From Candidatus Saccharimonadota bacterium (GTDB lineage Bacteria > Patescibacteriota > Saccharimonadia > Saccharimonadales > Saccharimonadaceae): a stretch of DNA of 32,000 nucleotides. The notes beneath the pieces were generated by a model. It did not search any database, had not been told where the DNA came from, and saw nothing but the letters and a program-made list of their open reading frames with translations. The DNA is taken from contig CP060232.1 of assembly GCA_023898645.1 (NCBI GenBank), positions 120,001-152,000 on the forward strand, in the 5' to 3' direction. A program made the translations under genes and the position numbers. Positions 17,873 to 25,656 of the stretch are shown here, piece by piece (positions within the stretch are counted from its first letter, which is position 1; every line of letters starts with the position of its first letter).

Positions 17873-18408
17873 TAGGCATGCTCCTCCTCTTTGAAATACT
17901 GCTTGTATGCATTTCGTGCTTTTACAATCTTCGGTTCGATAACAATCGAGCAGTAGCCATTGCCGGGATTATTGTTGAAATAATCCTGGTGGTAGTTTTC
18001 GGCGGGGTAAAACATGTTCAATGGTTTGACTTCTGTAACAATCGGATTGTTCCAGTGCTTTTTGGCACGCTCTATTGCCGATTTAAATGCTTCTTTTTGT
18101 GAATCATCAGCGTAAAACATAGCTGAACGATATTGTGTGCCGATGTCGTTGCCTTGTTGATTGAGTGTCGTAGGGTCGTGAATCAAAAAAAACAAATCGA
18201 GTATGACGTCACCCGGGACGATGGACTCATCGAACGTCACCTCTACTGATTCAGCGTGACCGGTTGAGCCAAGCGATACTTGGTCGTAAGTTGGCGTAGG
18301 TAAATCGCCGCCAGTATAGCCACTGACGACGTTTTCTACACCTTTAATCCGACGATAGACGGCGTCCAGACACCAGAAGCAACCGCCTGCAAGAGTATAA
18401 GTAGTCAT
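17872..18408 (-). CDS. msrA: Peptide-methionine (S)-S-oxide reductase MsrA
   Basis: GGCFWC active site near the N-terminus. I prefer the ATG at 18408 (MTTYTLAGGCFWC); the tracked start at 18438 would overlap the divergent gene. Confidence 0.9.
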   Translation of the reverse strand: MTTYTLAGGCFWCLDAVYRRIKGVENVVSGYTGGDLPTPTYDQVSLGSTGHAESVEVTFDESIVPGDVILDLFFLIHDPTTLNQQGNDIGTQYRSAMFYADDSQKEAFKSAIERAKKHWNNPIVTEVKPLNMFYPAENYHQDYFNNNPGNGYCSIVIEPKIVKARNAYKQYFKEEEHA

Positions 18409-18414
18409 AATACA

Positions 18415-18422
18415 AGTATACT
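18415..18422. promoter_or_regulatory. Palindromic AGTATACT that provides a TATACT -10 box on both strands
   Basis: Plus-strand TATACT (18417-18422) lies 7 nt before the ATG at 18430. Minus-strand TATACT (18420-18415) lies 6 nt before the ATG at 18408. Confidence 0.45.
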
Positions 18423-18429
18423 GGTATTT

Positions 18430-19221
18430 ATGAATCATGACGAATTTCAGAGGTTTATCCGCCAGCAGGGCGAGGAGCGATATCGTGATATGCCTTGGCG
18501 GCGCGACACACGACCGTATTATGTGTTGGTGAGCGAACTGATGCTACAACAGACACAGGTTGATCGCGTGATTCCTAAATTTGAAAATTTTATAGCAGAG
18601 TTTCCCGACGAGCAAACTTTGGCCATTTCGCCACTGGCTAACGTGCTTCGACTTTGGCAGGGGCTTGGCTATAATCGCCGTGCGAAATTTCTGCATGAAT
18701 CGGCAAAGAGAATCGTTGAGCTTGGTAGTTTTCCTACAGACGAAGCGGGTCTGGTGGCTTTGCCTGGCGTCGGAAAAAACACGGCAGGTGCGGTTATGGC
18801 GTATGCATATAATCAGCCAGCGATTTTCATAGAGACTAATGTTCGTGCGGTTTACATACATCATTTTTTCAGTAATAGCGAGCTAGTCGACGATAAGGAC
18901 ATTCACGAGCTTTTGGTTCAGACGATCGATCAAGAACGTCCACGCGAATTCTATTGGGCACTGATGGACTATGGAAGTTATTTAAAAAAACAAGGCGTTA
19001 CGCCAGAACGAAGCCGTCATTATAAAAAGCAGTCGCCACTAAAAGGTAGCGTACGTGAAGTTCGCGGACGCATTATAGCGGAACTTATCACAAGAGACCT
19101 TACGTTTGATCGGCTACGGCGAATTGTTGGTGACGATGGACGTTTTGAGCTGGCGCTTGACGGTTTAACTCACGACGGACTGGTGGTGAGAAACGGCAAT
19201 CAGATTCATTTGACCGCGTAG
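18430..19221 (+). CDS. HhH-GPD DNA glycosylase, MutY-like, without Fe-S cluster cysteines
   Basis: SELMLQQTQV (catalytic Glu context), LGYNRRAKFL, HhH LPGVGKNTAGAVMAYA. 263 aa with zero Cys. Confidence 0.75.
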   Translation: MNHDEFQRFIRQQGEERYRDMPWRRDTRPYYVLVSELMLQQTQVDRVIPKFENFIAEFPDEQTLAISPLANVLRLWQGLGYNRRAKFLHESAKRIVELGSFPTDEAGLVALPGVGKNTAGAVMAYAYNQPAIFIETNVRAVYIHHFFSNSELVDDKDIHELLVQTIDQERPREFYWALMDYGSYLKKQGVTPERSRHYKKQSPLKGSVREVRGRIIAELITRDLTFDRLRRIVGDDGRFELALDGLTHDGLVVRNGNQIHLTA

Positions 19222-19246
19222 TGATCATAAGGGATAATAGAGGACA

Positions 19247-19792
19247 ATGAAATTGAAAGCCTTGAGCCTTATCACAGGGGTAGTCGCCATCACCTTAGTG
19301 GGTATTGTGCCTGTGTTTGCTCAATCTACAACAACCATGACAGATTCGCACATCGCGAAGATCAAAATGAACTGCCAGACAGCGCGTGCGTCGCTGAGTC
19401 AGATTCACGCCAATGACGCACCTGTTTACATTAATCGTAATCAGACGTATTTTTCGATAGGCGACAAGATGATGGCAACGCTGAACAGTCGCTTGTCGTT
19501 AAACAGATACGATGCAAGTCAGCTCGTAAAGACGGCCAGCGACTACAATGATAGCGTTGGACAATTTCGCAATGCATACCGAAGCTATGATAATGCTATG
19601 ACGACTGCGATTAATACAGACTGCATGAAGCAGCCAGTTGGCTTTTATGACAGTGTGGCGGCGGCTCGTGCAGCCAGGCAAAAGGTTCACGACATCGTCG
19701 TCAAGCTGACGAGCGAAATCAGTCAATATCGGAGCGAAGTGCGAGCATTTGAAGCAAAAAACCTGTCTTCACCTACGGAGGGCCGACCATGA
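19247..19792 (+). CDS. Secreted hypothetical protein
   Basis: Signal-peptide-like N-terminus (ITGVVAITLVGIVPVFAQS). AGAGGA RBS. Its stop overlaps the next start (ATGA). Confidence 0.65.
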   Translation: MKLKALSLITGVVAITLVGIVPVFAQSTTTMTDSHIAKIKMNCQTARASLSQIHANDAPVYINRNQTYFSIGDKMMATLNSRLSLNRYDASQLVKTASDYNDSVGQFRNAYRSYDNAMTTAINTDCMKQPVGFYDSVAAARAARQKVHDIVVKLTSEISQYRSEVRAFEAKNLSSPTEGRP

Positions 19793-20163
19793 ACGAGCCG
19801 ACTGTATCAACGGACGAAGTAGCACCAAAAGCATGGTATCGGCAAGAACTTGTAGTGTTTATTTTTGGAAGTTTAATAATTGCCGGGGTATTGGTGATGC
19901 TCGGTTTGGGACTCTATGTGTCGAGTGGATCTAACTTGTTAGATGCAAGTCGGCCAGGTTTTAAGTCTGTTCGAAACGAAATTGACCAGTTTGATTCGTT
20001 CCAGACGTTTCCGTCTAGCGGTTCAGTTAGTCGTGACACGATTGATCAGTTTTTGAAGCTCTATGATAAGCAAGTTCAGCCTGTGACTGACAACGACGTT
20101 TACAATGCGAATACACTCGATGATCAGGTGTTGGGTATTGATGAGCCGTCGGCGGGTGAGTAG
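19789..20163 (+). CDS. Single-pass membrane hypothetical protein
   Basis: One TM segment (LVVFIFGSLIIAGVLVMLGLGLYV). Translationally coupled to the upstream gene. Confidence 0.6.
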   Translation: MNEPTVSTDEVAPKAWYRQELVVFIFGSLIIAGVLVMLGLGLYVSSGSNLLDASRPGFKSVRNEIDQFDSFQTFPSSGSVSRDTIDQFLKLYDKQVQPVTDNDVYNANTLDDQVLGIDEPSAGE

Positions 20164-20165
20164 GC

Positions 20166-20828
20166 ATGAGAATCGATCCCGATACGTTCGTCATTAAGCG
20201 GCGTCGCAAAAAATATAAGTTCGCGTTGTTTGCGAACTCGTCACTTTGTTATGAATTTGAAGATTGGAAGTCGCAAGCTGTTGACGCTATAGAGTTAGGA
20301 GCTGGCACGGGTCTATTTAGCGTTGAAATGGCGACCAAGCATCCAGAAAAGCAGTTTGTTGCCGTTGACGTAAAAGCCGATCGTCTGCAAAAAGGCGCGC
20401 GCGAGGCTGAAGCTCGCAATCTAACGAATATTCGCTTTATTCGTGCCCGTGCCGACCAATTGGGCGAGTTAGCACCAAAGCACTCGGTAGGCTCGCTATG
20501 GCTAACGTTTCCTGATCCGTTTCCGAAAAAGCGCGCGGCTGGTCGTCGTATGACGCACCCGCGCTTTTTAAGGATTTATGCTGAAGTGCTACGTTCAGAC
20601 GGTGCGTTCTTTTTAAAGCATGACAACCCAGAGTTTTTCCGGTGGAGTTTGGAACAAATAGTAGCCGAAAAGTGGCGCATCGAAGAATTGTCATTTGATT
20701 TGCACGAATCGAATTTATCTGAGGATTATAAAATCCTGACCACATATGAGCGGCGATGGCTAAATGAAGGGCTCTCAACGAATTTTGTACATGCCAAACA
20801 GCCCATGCTTGCACAAACCGACCGCTAA
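20166..20828 (+). CDS. trmB: tRNA (guanine46-N7)-methyltransferase TrmB
   Basis: SAM motif IELGAGTGLF, FPDPFPKKR and HDNPEFF are typical of TrmB. Confidence 0.85.
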   Translation: MRIDPDTFVIKRRRKKYKFALFANSSLCYEFEDWKSQAVDAIELGAGTGLFSVEMATKHPEKQFVAVDVKADRLQKGAREAEARNLTNIRFIRARADQLGELAPKHSVGSLWLTFPDPFPKKRAAGRRMTHPRFLRIYAEVLRSDGAFFLKHDNPEFFRWSLEQIVAEKWRIEELSFDLHESNLSEDYKILTTYERRWLNEGLSTNFVHAKQPMLAQTDR

Positions 20829-20912
20829 TATTTAACTTATACCACTGCGAATCAGTCATCGCTAATTTGGCGGTAGATAATGCAGTGTTTTTTGACAGAA
20901 GAGGTGAGTTAC

Positions 20913-21326
20913 GTGACGCAAATCATTTCGGATGGCGCGTTGTTTCATCATGCGCACGACAGTACGGGCAACGGCTATAACGCTTTTGTAAAAAAAGCAA
21001 TACAAGCTCAGAACGACGGCAGTCTTGCTGTGCTGAAAAGCGAGGTTGCTCGGGTTGCAAGTGACATCAATTTCAATCTGATGCAGGGTGACCGGATCGA
21101 CAAACGGATTAGCATGGCAAAATATCTTGCTAAGCAAAAGCTGATAGTCCCGATTCCCAATCGCTATATCGAGAGTGCAAATACAGGTGTCGTCAATAAA
21201 TGGTCAGTACACGACGAGCTTAAGGCGTGGGGTTTTGAGCCGACAATGCTTAAAATCAACATCAAGAAGCGTCGACGGTTTAACACACGTGAATGTTACG
21301 TTGAAATAACATTCAAGAAAAAGTGA
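20913..21326 (+). CDS. Hypothetical protein (137 aa)
   Basis: I prefer the GTG at 20913, with GAGGTGA 5 nt upstream. The ATG at 20880 is the tracked alternative. No recognisable domain. Confidence 0.5.
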   Translation: MTQIISDGALFHHAHDSTGNGYNAFVKKAIQAQNDGSLAVLKSEVARVASDINFNLMQGDRIDKRISMAKYLAKQKLIVPIPNRYIESANTGVVNKWSVHDELKAWGFEPTMLKINIKKRRRFNTRECYVEITFKKK

Positions 21327-21409
21327 TGTACTACGAGGCGGCGGGCTCACCCCTTCTGTCCTCGTCATTTGCTGTTGATTAGTCGACGTTAGAAGACGAG
21401 AGAAATTAT

Positions 21410-21973
21410 TTATTGGTGTTGCATCACCGTGTCGAGCCTGGGCAGGGCGATACCTGTGCCATAGATAAACGTGGTATTTCCGTAAGCGCGAAATCCGTAT
21501 GAGCCGAGCTCGATACGCCGGTATCTATCAACGATATCGTACGTATTTGGTCCGGTTTCTTCGACTTCCGTAACGATGAATTTTTTTAAAAACTCCCTAG
21601 CGTCGCGAATCATTTCTTTTAAATTTTCCTGTGTTGCATCGGTATTAATTAGTTCCAATTTCATGAAGTATGGGTGATGGAGTCTGTCGTATGATTTTTC
21701 TATGCGAAAGCACGGTGTTATACAGCAGGCCTTGGCTATGATTGCGCCACGACGCATTAATTCAATAAAACTTTGCTCTCCACTGCCCACGAGCTCCCCG
21801 TATTGAACCGATGTTCCGATTGCACCAACGGGCAGGGTGACGGCTAATGATTCGTGGCTCACGGCCCACGGCACTTCCATGTAGTGGTATCCGAGGTTTT
21901 CATAGTAATCGAGACCAGTGGTTAATTTTCGATAATCGATATGTCGTGGTTCGGTATAACTAACGCCTACCAT
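21410..21973 (-). CDS. Stand-alone mini class II aminoacyl-tRNA-synthetase-like catalytic core (187 aa)
   Basis: Motif-1-like GYHYMEVPWAV, motif 2 CFRIEKSYDRLHHPYFMKLEL, ELGSYGFR, motif 3 GTGIALPRLDTVM. GAGGAGGG lies 9 nt upstream of the ATG at 21973. Overlaps the upstream gene by 14 nt. Confidence 0.65.
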   Translation of the reverse strand: MVGVSYTEPRHIDYRKLTTGLDYYENLGYHYMEVPWAVSHESLAVTLPVGAIGTSVQYGELVGSGEQSFIELMRRGAIIAKACCITPCFRIEKSYDRLHHPYFMKLELINTDATQENLKEMIRDAREFLKKFIVTEVEETGPNTYDIVDRYRRIELGSYGFRAYGNTTFIYGTGIALPRLDTVMQHQ

Positions 21974-22292
21974 TTTCAAAAGCCCTCCTCGTAATTCGCG
22001 ACATTGTTATAAGATCTTCGATACTGTTTGATGGGTGATGTTTTTCCAGATAAAGCGCTATAGCGCCAATCAGATCGGACAGTTCGACAAGCGCCATGAT
22101 TTTCGCGTCTTGCCTTTCGGCGTCTTGCAGCTCGAGTACTTCCTCGAGAAGCTTGCTTGATTCTCCAATGACCCCTTTTGGTATTTCCATGAGATGATAG
22201 CCGGGTTTTTTAGCGGGTTTTTCGTACCTTGGCAATCCAGGTTCCTTTCTGTGCAATTTAGCGATCACATTATCAGCGTATCGTGATATCAT
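21960..22292 (-). CDS. HisE/MazG-like all-alpha NTP pyrophosphohydrolase-family protein
   Basis: GESSKLLEEVLELQDA ... MALVELSDLIGAIALYL is the E/D-rich helix pair typical of MazG/HisE. I prefer the ATG at 22292; the tracked start at 22295 is a TTG. Confidence 0.6.
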   Translation of the reverse strand: MISRYADNVIAKLHRKEPGLPRYEKPAKKPGYHLMEIPKGVIGESSKLLEEVLELQDAERQDAKIMALVELSDLIGAIALYLEKHHPSNSIEDLITMSRITRRAFENGRR

Positions 22293-22306
22293 CAAAGTAT
22301 CTAGTA

Positions 22307-22314
22307 AGTATAAT
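22307..22314. promoter_or_regulatory. Overlapping back-to-back -10 boxes in a 33-bp divergent intergenic region
   Basis: Plus-strand TATAAT (22309-22314) lies 11 nt before the ATG at 22326. Minus-strand TATACT (22312-22307) lies 14 nt before the ATG at 22292. Confidence 0.4.
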
Positions 22315-22325
22315 TTGACTCAAAT

Positions 22326-22997
22326 ATGGTTGATATAACAGTAGTAAAACATCACATTCAAAAAAATATCTTGAGTATTTTAATGCACCAAAAGATGGCG
22401 CGTTTTCGCGACATGCGGCCACCTCGTACCGACACCAATCTCTATAGCTACCACCTTGGTCAATTGTTAAAAGCTGGTTTGGTCAAAAAGACTGACGGCG
22501 GCTATACGCTCGACACTGCCGGCCTTGTGTACATAGACCGGCTTAATGCCGAAAAGCTTTTTGCGCGCCAACAGCCCAAAATCGTGACGATGCTCGTCAT
22601 CCAAAACAGTGACGGCGACGTACTTTTGCAGCGTCGAAGTAAGCAGCCATATATCGACCAGTGGTCGTTGCCACATGGTAAACTCCACATCGAAGATGCG
22701 TCACTGGAAGCTGCCGCAAAACGTGAGGCTGCCGAGAAGTTGAACGTTCATAATCAAGACATGAGTCATGCTGGCGATTGCTATATCCGTGTACGCTATG
22801 GAGATGGCGCCACGATAGTTACATTAGCCCATGTCTTTACGTTTAACCGCGATGACATAAAAACTACCGAACAGACCATTTGGGCGCGTCCGCATAAATT
22901 GCATACTATGGATCTTGCGCCAGGTATTACTGACGTTATCGCTCGGACATTTTTCCGCGACCCGTTTTATTTTGAAGAGTTCGAACAGTCTGTGTAG
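22326..22997 (+). CDS. Winged-HTH + Nudix-domain protein with a degenerate Nudix box (putative ligand-sensing regulator)
   Basis: N-terminal wHTH (ILSILMHQKMARFRDM...LYSYHLGQLLKAGLVKK). The C-terminal Nudix fold carries the box GKLHIEDASLEAAAKREAAEKL. This deviates from GX5EX7REUXEEXGU by a 1-residue shift, E to K and loss of the G. Confidence 0.7.
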   Translation: MVDITVVKHHIQKNILSILMHQKMARFRDMRPPRTDTNLYSYHLGQLLKAGLVKKTDGGYTLDTAGLVYIDRLNAEKLFARQQPKIVTMLVIQNSDGDVLLQRRSKQPYIDQWSLPHGKLHIEDASLEAAAKREAAEKLNVHNQDMSHAGDCYIRVRYGDGATIVTLAHVFTFNRDDIKTTEQTIWARPHKLHTMDLAPGITDVIARTFFRDPFYFEEFEQSV

Positions 22998-23027
22998 TTC
23001 GACTTTAAAGTCCTGTAGAATGAAAAC

Positions 23028-23363
23028 ATGAAAGAATATGGAGAAAAGGCGATTTCAACGCTGACGTCGAATCACGCTTACGGGAGTATTACGCCCGATC
23101 TCATGGCGCAGGTACTTGGCTTGGTCGGAGAAAGCGGTGAAGTGGCAGAAAAATTCAAAAAACTTGTTCGCGACAAGGGTGGTGAGATTTCCGAAGAGGA
23201 TAGACAAGAGCTGCTCAAGGAGCTTGGCGATATCCTGTGGTATGTTAATGCGGTATCAGTATTGCTTGGAAGCTCACTCGAAGAGACGGCATCGAAAAAT
23301 CTGGAAAAAGTATTGAGCCGAAAGGCTCGTGGAAAAACACATGGCAGCGGTGACAATCGCTAG
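23028..23363 (+). CDS. MazG-like nucleoside-triphosphate pyrophosphohydrolase (small YpjD-type)
   Basis: LVGESGEVAEKFKK and LKELGDILWYV are MazG metal-binding helices. TAGAAT (23016-23021) lies 6 nt upstream of the ATG. Confidence 0.75.
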   Translation: MKEYGEKAISTLTSNHAYGSITPDLMAQVLGLVGESGEVAEKFKKLVRDKGGEISEEDRQELLKELGDILWYVNAVSVLLGSSLEETASKNLEKVLSRKARGKTHGSGDNR

Positions 23364-24619
23364 GTTTTACGATCGGTATTTTTAACTTTTTCACGCAGCC
23401 ATTCGTCAATCGAGCCGGCACCCATGCAAAGAACTAGCGCACCACGGTCGCGCAGTTCCTGTATGTACCACCATAAATTGTCGTTAAGTTCCGCTTGATG
23501 CAGGGCGTGTCTGTTAGTGACGTTTACTGCGAGTTCTGCTGGAGTCAGGACGGGCTGGTCTTTGTCTTCGCGTGTCAGGTAAGTTGGCAACCAATAAACT
23601 TCACTAGTGCCTTCGAAGCAATCAGTGTACTGATCGACAAGCGAGTATTGTCGCATGTTTTGATGGGGCTGATACACGAGTACAACATCGTCGTTGAGTT
23701 CTCGAGCCATCTGTATTGTTGCTTTAATTTCAGTCGGGTGATGTCCGTAGTCGCTGTAAAGATTCGGCAATATCTGCTCAAATCGTCGGTCCGTTCCGGG
23801 GAAGTTATTGAGCGCGCCTGTCGCGTCGCCATCTATACCGAGTCTCTCTATGGCTTTAACGACTAAACTGGCATTTTGCCGATTGTGTTTGCCGGCAAGC
23901 GTGACGTTTGCTATGTTGCTGTCACTGAGTGCCCAAGTGTTTTGTGGCTGACCTAGTTTTTTGGCGTCATCTTGCCACAAAATCGTGAAATCGCTCTGGA
24001 CGACGAACTCCTGAAAAGCTGCGCGATATGATTCGCTTGTCGGATACGTGTCCGGGTGGTCGTAATCGAGCGAAGTTATGAGCGACAAATAAGGGCGGAA
24101 ATGCAGGAAGTTGCGATCGAACTCGTCGCATTCGTATATGAAATACTGACTGCCGGGTTCGTAATGACCGCTCGGTCCGAATGATAGCGTGGTGCCGACA
24201 GAATAGCTAACAGGAATGTTGAGATGTTTGAATGTCCAGACAGCCATGGCTGTGGTTGTTGTCTTGCCGTGTGTACCTGCGACGGCAATTAGCTTAAGGT
24301 CTTTGTCTTTTATGATATATGACAGCAGCTGGTCGCGCTTGGTTATTTTGATACCAAGCTCCCTTGCCGCCATTAACTCAGGGTTGCTGTCAGGTATACC
24401 AGATGAGTAAACGAGCCAGGTAATCGGTTGGATCGCATGTGCCTCACGAAGGAACGAGCCGTCTTGTTTGTAGTTGATCATTACGCCGCGCTCGTGAAGG
24501 TGCGTGGACATCAGACTCTCAGCCTGGTCTGATCCTTTGACTTGATAGCCGGCATCGAGTGCGATTTCAGCAAGCGGACCAAGTCCGACGCCGCCGATGC
24601 CGCAAAAGTATATATTCAT
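23360..24619 (-). CDS. murC: Mur ligase family, MurC-like (UDP-N-acetylmuramate--L-alanine ligase) or Mpl-like
   Basis: N-terminus FCGIGGVGLGPLAEIA and P-loop AVAGTHGKTTTTAM. 419 aa. No other mur/dcw genes are adjacent. Confidence 0.7.
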   Translation of the reverse strand: MNIYFCGIGGVGLGPLAEIALDAGYQVKGSDQAESLMSTHLHERGVMINYKQDGSFLREAHAIQPITWLVYSSGIPDSNPELMAARELGIKITKRDQLLSYIIKDKDLKLIAVAGTHGKTTTTAMAVWTFKHLNIPVSYSVGTTLSFGPSGHYEPGSQYFIYECDEFDRNFLHFRPYLSLITSLDYDHPDTYPTSESYRAAFQEFVVQSDFTILWQDDAKKLGQPQNTWALSDSNIANVTLAGKHNRQNASLVVKAIERLGIDGDATGALNNFPGTDRRFEQILPNLYSDYGHHPTEIKATIQMARELNDDVVLVYQPHQNMRQYSLVDQYTDCFEGTSEVYWLPTYLTREDKDQPVLTPAELAVNVTNRHALHQAELNDNLWWYIQELRDRGALVLCMGAGSIDEWLREKVKNTDRKT

Positions 24620-24700
24620 ACAAGTCTAGTATAGCGTGATATAAGCGTGAGCGCCAAGCGAATCATGCTATAATTTATCCAATATAGACGGTGGGACAAC

Positions 24701-25327
24701 GTGGCAGACAAACGAAAAGTTCGACACAGTATCAGACAGTTGCAGCATCTTAAGACGTGGCAGCTGCTTATTTTGTTGATGCTTGCGGGTTTTGTTACAG
24801 CGACATTTCTACGATTAAACAATATCGGGATGGAGCAGCGGAGAAGCGCTGTGCTGCAGGCTGACAAAACTGGTGACCAGAATGCCATCAAAGGTAGACT
24901 GTACGACCTGCAGCGTTACGTGACTGCACACATGAATTCTGACATGGGCTCGATCTACCTGGAAGGTCAATACCGCCGCGACACGCAGCAGGCCATAGAT
25001 TCTGCAAGCGGCGACAGTCCTAACGGTAATATTTACAAAAAGGCTCAGGATGTCTGCGCGCCAAAATTTACTCATTATTCATACGCTTACTTGCAGTGCA
25101 CTGTTAATTACTTGTCGCAATTCGGACCAGCAGATAGCCCGTCGTCGGACGTGAAGCTACCCAAGGCGGACGCCTATCGCTATAGTTTCATTTCACCTCT
25201 GTGGTCGCCAGATTTCGCCGGCTTTTCGATGCTATTTTGCCTGTTTATCGTATTAATTATTTTTACCCGTTGGATTACACTAGCAATCCTAAAAGCTATG
25301 CTAAAAATGCGTAACAGGGGACCGTAG
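24701..25327 (+). CDS. Hypothetical membrane protein (N- and C-terminal TM helices)
   Basis: GTG start with GGTGGGA upstream and a TGcTATAAT promoter-like box upstream. TM segments at about aa 20-40 and 175-195. Confidence 0.6.
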   Translation: MADKRKVRHSIRQLQHLKTWQLLILLMLAGFVTATFLRLNNIGMEQRRSAVLQADKTGDQNAIKGRLYDLQRYVTAHMNSDMGSIYLEGQYRRDTQQAIDSASGDSPNGNIYKKAQDVCAPKFTHYSYAYLQCTVNYLSQFGPADSPSSDVKLPKADAYRYSFISPLWSPDFAGFSMLFCLFIVLIIFTRWITLAILKAMLKMRNRGP

Positions 25328-25330
25328 GTG

Positions 25331-25359
25331 TTGACATGGGACGCCTGACACGGTAATCT
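25331..25359 (+). promoter_or_regulatory. Sigma70-like promoter
   Basis: TTGACA (25331-25336), 17-nt spacer, TAATCT (25354-25359). Confidence 0.6.
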
Positions 25360-25394
25360 AGCCTCTGTATAGCACTAAAGGAGGTATAAGACCA

Positions 25395-25601
25395 ATGGCT
25401 TACAAACACACTAACTCAAAGGGCGTGACCTACTACCTGCACAAGACTACTGTTACCTTGCGCGGCGGCAAACCACAGACTATCTTCTTCTTCGCTAAGG
25501 TAGAGAAGAACGAAAAAGGTGAACCAACTGATCTTCCAGAAGATCGCGTTGTCAAGGAAAACCCACGTAACGGTTTCCTAACCATCTCAAAGAAAAAATA
25601 A
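25395..25601 (+). CDS. Small basic hypothetical protein (68 aa)
   Basis: Strong AAGGAGG RBS, its own promoter and a strong terminator. No domain recognised. Confidence 0.7.
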   Translation: MAYKHTNSKGVTYYLHKTTVTLRGGKPQTIFFFAKVEKNEKGEPTDLPEDRVVKENPRNGFLTISKKK

Positions 25602-25622
25602 TACCTTTTGGTATACTTCCAG

Positions 25623-25656
25623 AACCGCCCCTTTCAACAGGGGCGGTTTGTTGTTG
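25623..25656 (+). terminator. Rho-independent terminator
   Basis: aaccgcccc / ggggcggtt stem with an 8-nt loop, followed by TTTGTTGTTG. Confidence 0.85.
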
